Assembly (NCBI GenBank): GCA_043814965.1
Contig: JBDRJN010000032.1
Coordinates: 20,126-84,125 of the forward strand
Origin: Candidatus Omnitrophota bacterium
GTDB taxonomy: Bacteria; Omnitrophota; Gorgyraeia; Gorgyraeales; Gorgyraeaceae
Length of the DNA stretch: 64,000 nt
Reading direction: 5' to 3'
The notes under the pieces are model-generated. The model ran no database searches. It worked only from the letters and a program-made list of their open reading frames with translations, and was not told the origin of the DNA. Positions 32,081 to 42,536 of this stretch are shown here, in pieces (position 1 is the stretch's first letter; each line of letters starts with the position of its first letter). The position numbers and the translations under genes are program-made.

Positions 32081-32837
32081 CTCTTGTTGACTTTTTTATA
32101 AAATCTGTAAGATAATCTACTTCCTTCACTCCTTTTATCTCTTCTCTTACCTTATCCAGCCCGTTTTTAAATGAAAGCTTGCTTCTAAATAGTATCCTAA
32201 ACGCCTTTTTAAGTGCGGTTTGAGATTCTTTTGAGATCCCTGCCCTTGATAGGCCAATACTATTTAGCCCGTATATCCTCACGGGATGTCCGTCACAAGT
32301 TGAAAAAGGCGGGACATCCTGAACTACCTTTGAACATCCTCCTACGATAGAAAGCCTTCCTATTGTGACAAACTGGTGTATCGCTGTAAGCCCTCCTATT
32401 ACCACCCTATCCTCCAATGTGACATGCCCTGCAAGAGTCCCTGAGTTGGCAATGATACAATTTGACCCAACTTTACAGTCATGGGCCACATGAGAATATG
32501 CCATAAAGAGGTTTCCATCCCCTATCTGAGTGACGCTCCCCTCATCTGTACCAGGATTAAAAGTAGCGTATTCTCTGATCGTATTGTTTTTTCCTATCCT
32601 TAAGAAGCTTTTTACACCTTTATATTTAAGGTCTTGGGGGATCGAGCCAATACATGCTCCTGCAAATACATGAGTACCTTCTCCAATAGTAGTATAACCA
32701 TCTATTACTACATGAGGCCCGATCTTGACATTTTTTTCTATCTCTACGTTGGGCCCTATAATAGCATAAGGGCCGACCTCAATCTGGTCAGCCAATCTTG
32801 CTTTAGCATCGATAACTGCTGCGGAATGAATATTCAT
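32058..32837 (-). CDS. lpxA: UDP-GlcNAc acyltransferase LpxA
   Basis: Hexapeptide repeats, 'PQDLKY', 'HVAHDC', 'IHQF'. Confidence 0.97.
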   Translation of the reverse strand: MNIHSAAVIDAKARLADQIEVGPYAIIGPNVEIEKNVKIGPHVVIDGYTTIGEGTHVFAGACIGSIPQDLKYKGVKSFLRIGKNNTIREYATFNPGTDEGSVTQIGDGNLFMAYSHVAHDCKVGSNCIIANSGTLAGHVTLEDRVVIGGLTAIHQFVTIGRLSIVGGCSKVVQDVPPFSTCDGHPVRIYGLNSIGLSRAGISKESQTALKKAFRILFRSKLSFKNGLDKVREEIKGVKEVDYLTDFIKKSTRGVCRGGK

Positions 32838-32844
32838 CTTTTTA

Positions 32845-34158
32845 TTAAGCATCACCCAATGCAAACATAAGGTCTGCTTCGCTTACAACCTGTCCTTCAA
32901 CAAGCGCCTTTGTGTGCACAAGGCCTGTTTTCGAACGAAGCTTTACTACGTCTACTTCCAATCTAAGCTGGTCTCCTGGGACAACTGTCTTTCTAAACTT
33001 TGCCTTGTCCAAGCTCATAAAATATGCGATCTTTCCTACGTTCTCCTGCTTATTAAGCATCAAGACCCCTGCTACTTGAGCCATAGCCTCTATTATCAAC
33101 ACTCCTGGCATAACAGGCCTTCCAGGGAAATGTCCTGTAAAAAAGTGTTCGTTCACTGTAACATTCTTTATACCGACTGCTCTCTTATTTGGTTCTAATT
33201 CTATGATCTTATCGACCAAGAGGAACGGATACCGATGAGGAAGTATCTTCTGTATTTCAGTCGAGTCCAGTTCTATACCATCTGTAGCAACATATACCCC
33301 CTTCAAGCCGCCTACCTGAGATTTCTCTTTCTGCTTATTGATCTTATCGACCAGTTTTATGTTCAAAGGGTGCCCGCTTCTGACAGCTATAATATGGCCC
33401 TTTATATTGTAACCCAACAAATACAGATCCCCCAATAGATCCAGGATCTTATGCCTTGCAAACTCATCATCAAACCTAAGTACATTATCTATTATCTTTT
33501 CTTGCCCGACTACGACAGTATTTTCATAATTAGCGCCCTTCCCAAGGCCTTGCTGTTTAAGGTCCTTTACTTCTCTTTCAAGACAGAACGTCCGGGATGT
33601 AGATATTTCTTTTTCAAACGTACCTTCACTAAGACTGCAAGATATATATTGCGCCTTTAATAAAGGATGTTCGTAATTCAACGTGTAAGATATCTTAAAG
33701 TCTGTATCCGGGACGACCATTATCATCGCCCCATCTTGTTCTTCCCATATAGGAGAGCGGACTTGATAGACTTTTTTCGGGATCCCCTGGTCTTTAACCC
33801 CGGATTTTTTCAATACATCGATAAACCCTTTAGAGCTTCCATCAAGGCCTGGTAATTCAGGGCCATTTATTTCTACCAATATATTGTCGATCCCCATCCC
33901 CCATAAGGCTGCCATAAGATGTTCTATGGTATGGATCTCGACATTGCCTGTTCCTATAGAAGTCCTTCTAGGGCTTTTGTCCTGGTCTAGTATGTTCGCG
34001 ATAGTTGCATTAACCATAGGAGAATCCTTTATATCTGTTCTGATAAAATTTATACCTGTATTTGGAGAAGCTGGTTTAAACTTTAAGTCAACCTTTGCTC
34101 CCGTATGCAATCCTATCCCGCTGAGTCCTATTGCTGTTTTTATCGTTCGCTGTTCCAT
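32845..34158 (-). CDS. lpxC: Bifunctional LpxC-FabZ fusion
   Basis: 'GIGLHTG', 'TIEHLMAAL', 'HKILDLLGDL' followed by FabZ 'LPHRYPFLLVD', 'GHFPGRPVMPGVL'. Confidence 0.97.
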   Translation of the reverse strand: MEQRTIKTAIGLSGIGLHTGAKVDLKFKPASPNTGINFIRTDIKDSPMVNATIANILDQDKSPRRTSIGTGNVEIHTIEHLMAALWGMGIDNILVEINGPELPGLDGSSKGFIDVLKKSGVKDQGIPKKVYQVRSPIWEEQDGAMIMVVPDTDFKISYTLNYEHPLLKAQYISCSLSEGTFEKEISTSRTFCLEREVKDLKQQGLGKGANYENTVVVGQEKIIDNVLRFDDEFARHKILDLLGDLYLLGYNIKGHIIAVRSGHPLNIKLVDKINKQKEKSQVGGLKGVYVATDGIELDSTEIQKILPHRYPFLLVDKIIELEPNKRAVGIKNVTVNEHFFTGHFPGRPVMPGVLIIEAMAQVAGVLMLNKQENVGKIAYFMSLDKAKFRKTVVPGDQLRLEVDVVKLRSKTGLVHTKALVEGQVVSEADLMFALGDA

Positions 34159-34241
34159 AAGGCCTTTCTCTTGACTTATTATAATGCAGATTTTATCTAC
34201 ACTATAGGCTAAAGATCCGGCACCTCTCGGTATCAGTATCT

Positions 34242-35276
34242 TTAATCTTTTTTATTGGCTCTTAATTTTTGTATCTCTTCCTCCAGAGTACGTATCTTCT
34301 TATATAACTCTGGCAGGTTTTGGACACACGCATTAATACGCTTGGCTGTTGTATGTGGTTTTGCAGGAAATCCAGAAACACAGGAATTTGACGGGATGGA
34401 TTTGGTTACCCCTGATTTTCCAGCTATTACTACGTTGTCTCCTACAGTAACATGGCCTATTATCCCGCTTTGGCCTGCTAATGTAACATTATTGCCAACA
34501 GTAGCGCTTCCTGATATTCCGCTCTGAGCAACTATTATAGAATTTTCCCCTATTACCACATTATGCGCTATCTGAACAAGGTTATCTATCTTTGTGCCTT
34601 TTTTGATAAGTGTCTTATCAAACCTGGCCCTATCAATCGTAACATTTGCCCCTATCTCGACATCATCCTCTATAATAACATTTCCTATCTGAGGTATCCT
34701 TTGGTGCACTCCTTTGACAGTTGAAAAGCCAAAACCATCACTTCCTATTACAGTGCCGCCATGTATAATGACTCTGTCTCCTATCTCGATCCTCTCTCTG
34801 ATTATCACATACGGATAAACAACGCAATCCTTTCCTATCTTTGTATGATGCCCGATGTATACGCCTGCGTATAAAATAGTGTTATCTTTTATCTCGACAT
34901 TGTCTTCTATAACAACATACGCCTGTATCGCTACATTCCTCCCTAGCTTTACTTTTTCTCCTATAACAGCAGTAGGATGGATGCCTTTTGGCCTTTTCAT
35001 CTCGTTTGGCGCCATCAATGCGACCATTTTTGCAAATGCAATAGACGGGTTCTCGGTCCTAATGATTGGCTTGGGCGATGATCTGACATCCTTTGATGTG
35101 ATTATAGCCGAGGCCTTTGTATGGTTCATCAAAGGGACATATCTGGAGTTTGCAACAAAAGTGAGATCCCCTTCTTGCGCTTCTTTTATCCCGCAAACGC
35201 CTGTTACGATAGTAGCCTTATCCCCTACCACTTCTCCATCAATTATATAGGCTATTTCCTCTAGTGTTTTTTTCAT
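34242..35276 (-). CDS. lpxD: LpxD N-acyltransferase
   Basis: 'IGSDGFGF', 'IPQIGNV', '[12 protein letters not shown]'. Confidence 0.97.
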   Translation of the reverse strand: MKKTLEEIAYIIDGEVVGDKATIVTGVCGIKEAQEGDLTFVANSRYVPLMNHTKASAIITSKDVRSSPKPIIRTENPSIAFAKMVALMAPNEMKRPKGIHPTAVIGEKVKLGRNVAIQAYVVIEDNVEIKDNTILYAGVYIGHHTKIGKDCVVYPYVIIRERIEIGDRVIIHGGTVIGSDGFGFSTVKGVHQRIPQIGNVIIEDDVEIGANVTIDRARFDKTLIKKGTKIDNLVQIAHNVVIGENSIIVAQSGISGSATVGNNVTLAGQSGIIGHVTVGDNVVIAGKSGVTKSIPSNSCVSGFPAKPHTTAKRINACVQNLPELYKKIRTLEEEIQKLRANKKD

Positions 35277-35288
35277 TACTTAAGTTCC

Positions 35289-35801
35289 TTATTTTTTATA
35301 ATTTTCATTCAATATCTTTATTATATCGTTCGTGATATTCAATGTATCAGCGCCATATAAAAGGACCCTGTCGTTCAATATTATAGAAAAATTATTTTTC
35401 TTGCCATACTCTTCTATAACGTCGTTCATCTCTTTTAGTATGTCTCTTACCATGTTATCTCTTTCTCTCACGAGCTCTGTCTTGGCCTCCTGGTCAAACT
35501 CCTGGAGAGACCTCATCTTTACTTCCACATCCATCCCCTTCTTTTCTTTGGTCTTCTCGTTCAAGAGATCCAGCTCGTCTCTCATCTTCCTTATCTCTTT
35601 TACTAGCTTTTCTCTCTCTTCCTGTTTTGTATTGCCTTTTTTCTCTAAACTCTTGTCAAAGTCTTTTGTCTTCTCGTATTCATCAAAGGCCCTTGAGAGA
35701 TCTACATAGCCTATTTTATCCGCTGCCAAAGCAGGTGATACATTAATAAGAAGGCTTACCAAGAATATGCTGACCAGGCTTATTACAAATAACTTTTTCA
35801 T
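35289..35801 (-). CDS. skp: OmpH/Skp periplasmic chaperone
   Basis: Signal peptide, 'KIGYVD', coiled coil, 'NITNDII'; located between bamA and lpxD. Confidence 0.92.
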   Translation of the reverse strand: MKKLFVISLVSIFLVSLLINVSPALAADKIGYVDLSRAFDEYEKTKDFDKSLEKKGNTKQEEREKLVKEIRKMRDELDLLNEKTKEKKGMDVEVKMRSLQEFDQEAKTELVRERDNMVRDILKEMNDVIEEYGKKNNFSIILNDRVLLYGADTLNITNDIIKILNENYKK

Positions 35802-35859
35802 CTAACCCTCCATGATTTATCTATAACTACAACCGTAACCCGTTACCCGATACCCGATA

Positions 35860-38202
35860 TTAAAATCCTCTACTCATACTAAAATGGAACCTTCCCTTAT
35901 CTTCCTGAAAAGATTCTGGATTAATAGGAAAGCCGTAATCTAATTTTACAGGCCCTATGGGTGTTTTGATCCTCACGCCTATACCAGTGCCCAACTTGAT
36001 CCCTCCAATAGAAGTCCCTCCCTTGGGATTGCTATCAGGACAGCTCCATACATTGCCGGCATCAACAAATATTGCGCCTTTAAGGTTCTCTATGATGGAT
36101 AATGTAAGTTCCGCGTTAGCCAATGCTAATGTACCTCCACCAACAGGATCGCCTGATATATCTTTTGGTCCGATATCTCTTTCTTTATAACCTCTTATAG
36201 TATAAGTACCTCCAGCGAAAAACCTCTCATATATCGGGACCTGCGAAGAATCACCAAAAGAACTTACGACTCCGCCTTTAGCCCTTAACTCCAATACAAA
36301 AGGCCCTATTGTCGAGTAACGATTTGCGGAGTTTATCAACTTCGCAAAATCCTTATCTCCTCCTACAGGTCCTCCAGCAACCTCCATAGATTCACTCCAT
36401 ACTATACCCTTTGTAGGATTAAATTTATTATCTCTTGTATCTCTTGTGACCTGCATAAAAACACTGCTTATGGTATTCTCTCCCGCCTCATCTTTCAAAG
36501 ACTGCGATGCATCTACAGATAAGTCGGATATCTCTACTGATTCGATCTTGTATGAAAGATCTGCCCTCAAATACTCATTAAATTCTTTTCCGAATCTGAT
36601 AGCCCCTCCCTGCCTGTTTTCATCATACGCATATCCAGTAGAACCGCTTCTATTACGTTCTGTAGAATACAGATCAAAACCAAAAGAAAGCGGGTGATCA
36701 AATATCCAGGGCTCTGTCCAGCTCAATAGATAATTCTTTCGCACGCTTCCCATCTCTGCCCTTAACTTAAGGTCCTGCCCGTCTCCTGTGAACGTGGGGA
36801 AGTTCAGCATATCAAAATTACGCTGTTCCACCTCGACAAAACCTATTAATTTATCTATAGAGGAGAAACCGCCTCCAAAACTGAACTCTCCTGTCTTTGA
36901 TTCTTTTACTTCTACAACCATATCCTTTTTGGTAGAAGAACCTGTGTCTTCTATATCAAATATTATATCCTCAAAAAATCCAAGATTATATAATCGTTCT
37001 TTACTCCTCCTGAGCTTGGCCCCGTCATACTTATCCCCAGGGTTTAACCTAAGCTCTCTGCGAATGACAACATCTTTTGTCTTTGAGTTGCCTTTTATAT
37101 TGACCTTGTTTACATAACAGATCTCTCCTTCGACAATATTATATATAACATCTACCTTATCCTTATCAATATTAAGCACTGTGTCGGGTTTTACCTTTGC
37201 CATCACATAGCCCCTGTCAAAATAATATTCCTGCAGGCTTGTCACTTCCTTATGCAAGGCGCTTTCTGTGAATATATCGCCATCCCTCATCTTAAGTTGA
37301 GATTTTAATTCTTCTTCGGAAAATATATTATTGCCTACTATCTTGAAATCTCCCGATATATATTGCCTTCCCTCGTTGATCTTTATAACCAGTTCTATCC
37401 ATTTCTTTTTCTTTTTCTGATGGGAAATGACCTCATAGCTGGTTTCAGCATCTAAAAAACCTTCGTTTCTGTAAAAATTCTTTATACGCTCTGTATCGTC
37501 TTCTACTACATCCTGTTTATATATGCCTGATCTAAAGAACCCTGAGGTCTTACTTTTCATAATTTTTAGGACCCTCTTATCGCTAAACGCGGAGTTATCT
37601 AAAATGCTTATGGACCTTACAACAGCCTTTGGGCCTTCATCTATAATGAATGCTACCTCTGTGGCCTCTCCTTCTCCCTCCTGTTTAGCATTGATCTCGT
37701 ACTTAACCTCTACCCATGGATAGCCTGCCCTCTTATATAGATTAGTTATCTCTTCTGTATCTTTTAGAAGGCGTTTTTCATCCGCAAGCTCATTAGGCTT
37801 TGACTTGACTATAGTAAGCAGCTTTTCTTCTTTATGAAGGCGGTTTCCTTTGAACTTTATAACAGTAAGGAGCGGTTTTTCTGTTACTACAAAGATTACA
37901 CCTACCTTTTCGTCAACATCCTCAAGGGAAACGCTCACATCACTAAAAAACCCCATCAGATAAAGCCTTTTTACATCCTCGTTAACCACTTTATCCAGGA
38001 ACAAGTCCCCTTTTTTTGTCTTTAGCTTTGACAGTATCTTGGCTTCTGAGACAGTCTTGTTGTTTTCTACTTTCACATACTTGATGATCTTTTTCGGGGC
38101 GCCTTCCTCTGCGAGGATAGCTATAGGGCCGGTTGAATAGAACACGAACGATGTTGTAACTAAAAATATATAAAACTTAGTAAGAAAATTCGCTTTTTTC
38201 AT
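35860..38202 (-). CDS. bamA: Outer membrane protein assembly factor BamA
   Basis: POTRA repeats, 'IRGY' motif, 'TPIGPVKLDYG', C-terminal Phe. Confidence 0.97.
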   Translation of the reverse strand: MKKANFLTKFYIFLVTTSFVFYSTGPIAILAEEGAPKKIIKYVKVENNKTVSEAKILSKLKTKKGDLFLDKVVNEDVKRLYLMGFFSDVSVSLEDVDEKVGVIFVVTEKPLLTVIKFKGNRLHKEEKLLTIVKSKPNELADEKRLLKDTEEITNLYKRAGYPWVEVKYEINAKQEGEGEATEVAFIIDEGPKAVVRSISILDNSAFSDKRVLKIMKSKTSGFFRSGIYKQDVVEDDTERIKNFYRNEGFLDAETSYEVISHQKKKKKWIELVIKINEGRQYISGDFKIVGNNIFSEEELKSQLKMRDGDIFTESALHKEVTSLQEYYFDRGYVMAKVKPDTVLNIDKDKVDVIYNIVEGEICYVNKVNIKGNSKTKDVVIRRELRLNPGDKYDGAKLRRSKERLYNLGFFEDIIFDIEDTGSSTKKDMVVEVKESKTGEFSFGGGFSSIDKLIGFVEVEQRNFDMLNFPTFTGDGQDLKLRAEMGSVRKNYLLSWTEPWIFDHPLSFGFDLYSTERNRSGSTGYAYDENRQGGAIRFGKEFNEYLRADLSYKIESVEISDLSVDASQSLKDEAGENTISSVFMQVTRDTRDNKFNPTKGIVWSESMEVAGGPVGGDKDFAKLINSANRYSTIGPFVLELRAKGGVVSSFGDSSQVPIYERFFAGGTYTIRGYKERDIGPKDISGDPVGGGTLALANAELTLSIIENLKGAIFVDAGNVWSCPDSNPKGGTSIGGIKLGTGIGVRIKTPIGPVKLDYGFPINPESFQEDKGRFHFSMSRGF

Positions 38203-38217
38203 ATATTTATTATTATG

Positions 38218-38246
38218 AATATATCATATATCTATAATAGTGTCAA
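38218..38246 (-). promoter_or_regulatory. sigma70 promoter of the bamA-lpx operon
   Basis: TTGACA ctattatagatatatga TATATT (17-bp spacer). Confidence 0.65.
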
Positions 38247-38276
38247 TGTAAACCACGCTTAACCACAGCATAACAA

Positions 38277-39632
38277 CTATTCTATGATATCTTCCCCTTT
38301 TATCATAGATAAGCTCTCAAACCTGGCATATTCCTTAAGGAACGTTAATTTAATAGAGCCGACAGGGCCATTACGCTGTTTTGCGATGATCACCTCTGCG
38401 ATGCCCCTGTTTTCTTCTGTCGGAGTATAGTATTCTTCTCTCAAGATAAGGCCTACTAGATCTGCGTCTTGTTCTATAGCGCCTGACTCTCTCAGGTCAG
38501 AAAGCTGCGGCCTATGGTCCTGCCTTGTCTCAACTGCTCGTGAAAGCTGGCTTACTGCTATTAAAGGTACTCTCAATTCTCTCGCAAGGGCCTTTAAAGA
38601 ACGTGATATCTCGGATATTTCCTGCTGCCTGTTTTCAGCTCCACGGAGCCCCTGCATAAGCTGAAGGTAATCCACCATTATGAGCTGTATGTCATACTGG
38701 GATTTAAGGCGCCTTGCTTTTGCCCTTAATTCCAAAACTGAAAGGCCAGCTGTGTCATCTATAAAAATAGGCGCCTCTGATAGTTTCCCAGCGGCATTTG
38801 TAAGTTTTGGCCAATCAGACTGGGATAAAAACCCTGTCCTTACGTTATGGGCGTTGACTTTTGCGTGGCTGCAAAGCATCCTTTGGACAAGCTGCTCTTT
38901 GGACATTTCCAAACTGAATATAATAAGCGGCTTTTTTTCGACCACGCCAACATGTTCTGCTATAGAAGTCAAAAAAGCGCTTTTACCCATGGAAGGGCGT
39001 CCCGCGAATATTATAAGATCTGAAGGATGAAGCCCGGCTGTGATGCTGTCAAAATCCGTAAAACCAGTGGCAATGCCAGTCACATGAGCCTTTTTCTGAT
39101 ACAAAGTATCTATGGTCTCTATACTGTGTTTTATAACTTCTTTTATGGGTGAGAAATTCGTATCTATTTTTTTACTCGAGATCTCAAATATCGAACGCTC
39201 CGCCTTATCAAGGATCTTCTCTACCTCACCCTGGGAATCATAGCTTTCAGAGATTATATGCGTCGCTGTGGAGATAAGGTTACGCAGAATAGCTTTTTCT
39301 TTTACAATGCCCGCGTAGTGCTTGATATTGGCGGCTGTTGGGACAACTGTTGTAAGATTAGTGATATATGTAGCCCCTACGTTGTCTATCTCGTCTATTC
39401 TTTTAAGTTCTTCTATGAGGGTAACTATATCTACGGCCTTATTTTCGCTATATAGCTTAATAATAGACCCGAATACGACTCTATTTTTTTCACTATAGAA
39501 ACTGGTCGGCTCTAAAAACTCTATAGCATCTGCTATAGCGCTCTCTTCTATAAGCATAGAGCCCAAAACAGCCATTTCTGCCTCCATATTCTGAGGCGGC
39601 ATTTTTTCAAGATGTATATCTATTTTATCCAT
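38277..39632 (-). CDS. dnaB: Replicative DNA helicase
   Basis: 'PPQNMEAE', 'AGRPSMGKS', 'DYLQLM', 'LSDLRESGAIEQDAD'; no intein. Confidence 0.99.
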   Translation of the reverse strand: MDKIDIHLEKMPPQNMEAEMAVLGSMLIEESAIADAIEFLEPTSFYSEKNRVVFGSIIKLYSENKAVDIVTLIEELKRIDEIDNVGATYITNLTTVVPTAANIKHYAGIVKEKAILRNLISTATHIISESYDSQGEVEKILDKAERSIFEISSKKIDTNFSPIKEVIKHSIETIDTLYQKKAHVTGIATGFTDFDSITAGLHPSDLIIFAGRPSMGKSAFLTSIAEHVGVVEKKPLIIFSLEMSKEQLVQRMLCSHAKVNAHNVRTGFLSQSDWPKLTNAAGKLSEAPIFIDDTAGLSVLELRAKARRLKSQYDIQLIMVDYLQLMQGLRGAENRQQEISEISRSLKALARELRVPLIAVSQLSRAVETRQDHRPQLSDLRESGAIEQDADLVGLILREEYYTPTEENRGIAEVIIAKQRNGPVGSIKLTFLKEYARFESLSMIKGEDIIE

Positions 39633-39638
39633 AGCTGT

Positions 39639-40082
39639 CTATTTCCTTACAACCCACACTTTTACATCCGCAGTGACTTCAGGATGCAGTTTTATACAAA
39701 CATGATAGACGCCCAGTTTCTTTATAGGTTCGGCTAGCTCTATCTTCTTTTTGTCAATAGAATAACCTTCTTGTTCAAGCGATTGCGCAATATCTTGGGC
39801 GTTTACGCTTCCAAAGAGTTTGTCATCGTCTCCTGATTCGACAGCGATAGTACAAGAGGCTAATGCAAGCTTATCCTTAAGCTCAACCATCTCTTTCTTT
39901 TGTCTTTCCAGGGCTAATACTTTTTTACGTTTTATATCTTCTACGATCTTCATGTTTGAATCTGTGGCAGGCTTTGCTAATTTCTTTGGTAACAAAAAAT
40001 TTCTTGCAAAGCCTTCCTTTACGTTAACTATGTCACCCATAGAGCCTACTTTTGCGATATCTTCTATTAATATAACTTTCAT
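39639..40082 (-). CDS. rplI: 50S ribosomal protein L9
   Basis: 'GFARNFLLPK', 'KLFGSV'. Confidence 0.98.
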   Translation of the reverse strand: MKVILIEDIAKVGSMGDIVNVKEGFARNFLLPKKLAKPATDSNMKIVEDIKRKKVLALERQKKEMVELKDKLALASCTIAVESGDDDKLFGSVNAQDIAQSLEQEGYSIDKKKIELAEPIKKLGVYHVCIKLHPEVTADVKVWVVRK

Positions 40083-40106
40083 TATGTACTCCTATGTTTT
40101 AAAATA

Positions 40107-40394
40107 TTATTCCCCTACATAAGGAATAAGGGCTATAAACCTGGCTATCTTTATAGCCTCGGCAACCCTTCTTTGGTGTTTTGCACAGTTTCCTGTTATG
40201 CGGCTAGGCAAGATCTTGCCTTTTTCAGTAATAAATCTCCTTAATTTCATAACATCCTTGTAATCGACATGGTCTACCTTGTCATCGCAGAATTTACAAC
40301 TCTTTTTGATAAATATCATCTTTTTCTTTGCAAGCTTTTTCTTTTTTTCTTTATCAAACCTGCTGCCAAACCTGCTAACCTTAGTTCTCTCCAT
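40107..40394 (-). CDS. rpsR: 30S ribosomal protein S18
   Basis: '[32 protein letters not shown]'. Confidence 0.98.
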   Translation of the reverse strand: MERTKVSRFGSRFDKEKKKKLAKKKMIFIKKSCKFCDDKVDHVDYKDVMKLRRFITEKGKILPSRITGNCAKHQRRVAEAIKIARFIALIPYVGE

Positions 40395-40461
40395 TTAAAA
40401 CCTCCTCAAAAACATTTTTACTGCTCTTCTATAAATATATAACGTTGGCTAATGCCTTCAT

Positions 40462-40875
40462 CTAAAATGGGACTTCTTCGTCTGCCCTTAATACTTCTTC
40501 CTCTTCTTTGGCATTTATTACGGGTTCTTCTTGGTCCTGGCCAGGCCTAGGGCCTCCCAGGAACTGTACCCTGTCAGCAACTATATCAAGCATACTTCTC
40601 TTCTGCCCCTCCTGTTCCCATGAACGGTATTGAAGCCTGCCTTCTATAAAAACAAGCCTACCTTTACTTAAATGTTGGCTGCAGCTTTCAGCTTGTTTGC
40701 CAAATACGACTATACGCACAAAACATACTTCGTCCTTTTTTTCCCCGTTTTGCATAATATAACGCCTATTTACAGCAAGGCCAAAAGTAGCAACAGGCGC
40801 CCCGCTCGGAATATATCTCAACTCCGGGTCTCTAGTCAAGTTCCCTATCAAAAAAACTTTATTAAGACTTGCCAT
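40462..40875 (-). CDS. ssb: Single-stranded DNA-binding protein
   Basis: 'LNKVFLIGNLTRDPELRY', acidic tail 'DEEVPF'. Confidence 0.98.
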   Translation of the reverse strand: MASLNKVFLIGNLTRDPELRYIPSGAPVATFGLAVNRRYIMQNGEKKDEVCFVRIVVFGKQAESCSQHLSKGRLVFIEGRLQYRSWEQEGQKRSMLDIVADRVQFLGGPRPGQDQEEPVINAKEEEEVLRADEEVPF

Positions 40876-40904
40876 TTATACCCCTCCTCAAGCTTTTCTA
40901 CTGT

Positions 40905-41186
40905 TTATAGCGCTATTATAAGCACTCTTAAGATAGAATCGTTCAAACTAAAAGATCTCTTTATCTTTGCTATTGCGCTAGTGTCGCCATGAAAATTCAT
41001 AAGATAATAAAAACCTTCTTTCTGCTTCTTCACAAGATAAGCTAGCCTCTGCTTGCCCAGGTCTTTCATATCATCCACGCTGCACTTATTCTTTGATACG
41101 ATCTCCTGGATCTGGCTTACTGTCTTCCCCAAGTCCTCGCTTGATAGATCCGGCTTCAATATAAACATCGCTTCGTAACTTTTCAC
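40905..41186 (-). CDS. rpsF: 30S ribosomal protein S6
   Basis: 'YEAMFILKPDL', 'GKQRLAY'. Confidence 0.97.
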   Translation of the reverse strand: MKSYEAMFILKPDLSSEDLGKTVSQIQEIVSKNKCSVDDMKDLGKQRLAYLVKKQKEGFYYLMNFHGDTSAIAKIKRSFSLNDSILRVLIIAL

Positions 41187-41187
41187 A

Positions 41188-41769
41188 TTACCCCCTTATT
41201 TGATTTTTTATATTATACTTATTCATCGCGTTATCAATGCCTTCCTTTATCCAACATTCACAGGCTAAAGATGCCCTTGATAAGATACCAGGGATATCCT
41301 CTTTTTCCTTCTTTGTAAAACTATTAAGCACATAACTTGATGTATCTGAGATATCTTCCCTGCCGCGTATACCTATGCGCATCCTTGAGAAATCATTAGA
41401 ACCCAAACAAGTTATAACAGACCTCGTGCCTTTATGGCCAGCGTCACTGCCCTTAGCCTTTATCTTTATATCTCTAAATAAAAGCGCTATATCATCTACC
41501 ACGACCAAAAGATCTTTTAAGTCGAGCGAGAGCCAGTTAATAACGCTTCTTACTGAATTCCCAGAAAGATTCATAAATGTCTGGGGCTTGACTAAGTAAC
41601 AATTTTCCCCTTCTATGATACCTTCTCCTGCGCTGGCCTTAAACCTAATTTTGTTCTTGAATCTAATATTATTCTGCCTGGCCAATTCGTCCAAGACCAT
41701 AAAACCTGCGTTGTGCCGTGTAACAGCATACTCCTTCCCAGGATTCCCAAGGCCGACGATCAACTTCAT
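41188..41769 (-). CDS. pth: Peptidyl-tRNA hydrolase
   Basis: 'LIVGLGNPG..Y..TRHNAGF', 'KPQTFMNLSG'. Confidence 0.98.
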   Translation of the reverse strand: MKLIVGLGNPGKEYAVTRHNAGFMVLDELARQNNIRFKNKIRFKASAGEGIIEGENCYLVKPQTFMNLSGNSVRSVINWLSLDLKDLLVVVDDIALLFRDIKIKAKGSDAGHKGTRSVITCLGSNDFSRMRIGIRGREDISDTSSYVLNSFTKKEKEDIPGILSRASLACECWIKEGIDNAMNKYNIKNQIRG

Positions 41770-41782
41770 AATATATTTGTTA

Positions 41783-42484
41783 TTATTCGCCTTCTTTTTT
41801 GTTCTCTTCTTTGGAAGCCTCTTCTTCAGCCTCTTCCTTTTCTTTCTTCTCCCTTATCAATTCAGGCTCCTGCGTTTCTCCTTCTTGAGGCTCTGCTGCG
41901 ACTACGTCTTCCACTGTCTTAACATGTTCAACGCTAAAAGCAACCTCTTCGGCGTCGTTCAGTATCTTTACGCCTTCAGGTGCTTTAAGATCGCTTACAT
42001 GGATAAAATCCCCTATTTTTAGATTTGTTATATCTACCACTATCTTCTCAGGGATATTGGTAGGAAGGCACTCTATGTCTACTTCCCACAATACCTGCTG
42101 CAGCACTCCTCCATCCTGTTTTACGCCGATCGCTTCGCCCTTCGCTGTCAAACGGGTCTTTACTTCGATAGTATCCGTTAAAGAGATCTCCTGAAAATCA
42201 ACATGGAGAAATATATCTTTTATGGGGTCTTTCTGGATCTCTTTTATAATAACGGTCTTTTCTTTTTCTTTTTTAGCGCCTTTGATGTGCAGCTTCAAAA
42301 TGACATTTTCTCCTGCATCTGTATGAAGGGCCGTGGCCAGGGACTTTTTATCTATCTTTAGATTTAACGTCTCTTCCCCTTTTTTGTACACTACTGCTGG
42401 AACAAGCCCTTCAGAGCGTATCTTCTTGTTTTGCTCTTTCCCTTTTTCCTCTCTCGAACTTACATTCAGATCTACAAACTCCAT
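41783..42484 (-). CDS. rplY: 50S ribosomal protein L25/Ctc
   Basis: 'VPAVVY', 'LHVDFQ', 'GVKQDGGVL', acidic tail; SD AAGGAG before ATG 42484. Confidence 0.96.
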   Translation of the reverse strand: MEFVDLNVSSREEKGKEQNKKIRSEGLVPAVVYKKGEETLNLKIDKKSLATALHTDAGENVILKLHIKGAKKEKEKTVIIKEIQKDPIKDIFLHVDFQEISLTDTIEVKTRLTAKGEAIGVKQDGGVLQQVLWEVDIECLPTNIPEKIVVDITNLKIGDFIHVSDLKAPEGVKILNDAEEVAFSVEHVKTVEDVVAAEPQEGETQEPELIREKKEKEEAEEEASKEENKKEGE

Positions 42485-42536
42485 TTTGATCACTCCTTTT
42501 CAGATTTCTAGTTTATTCAATATATCAGATCGATCC

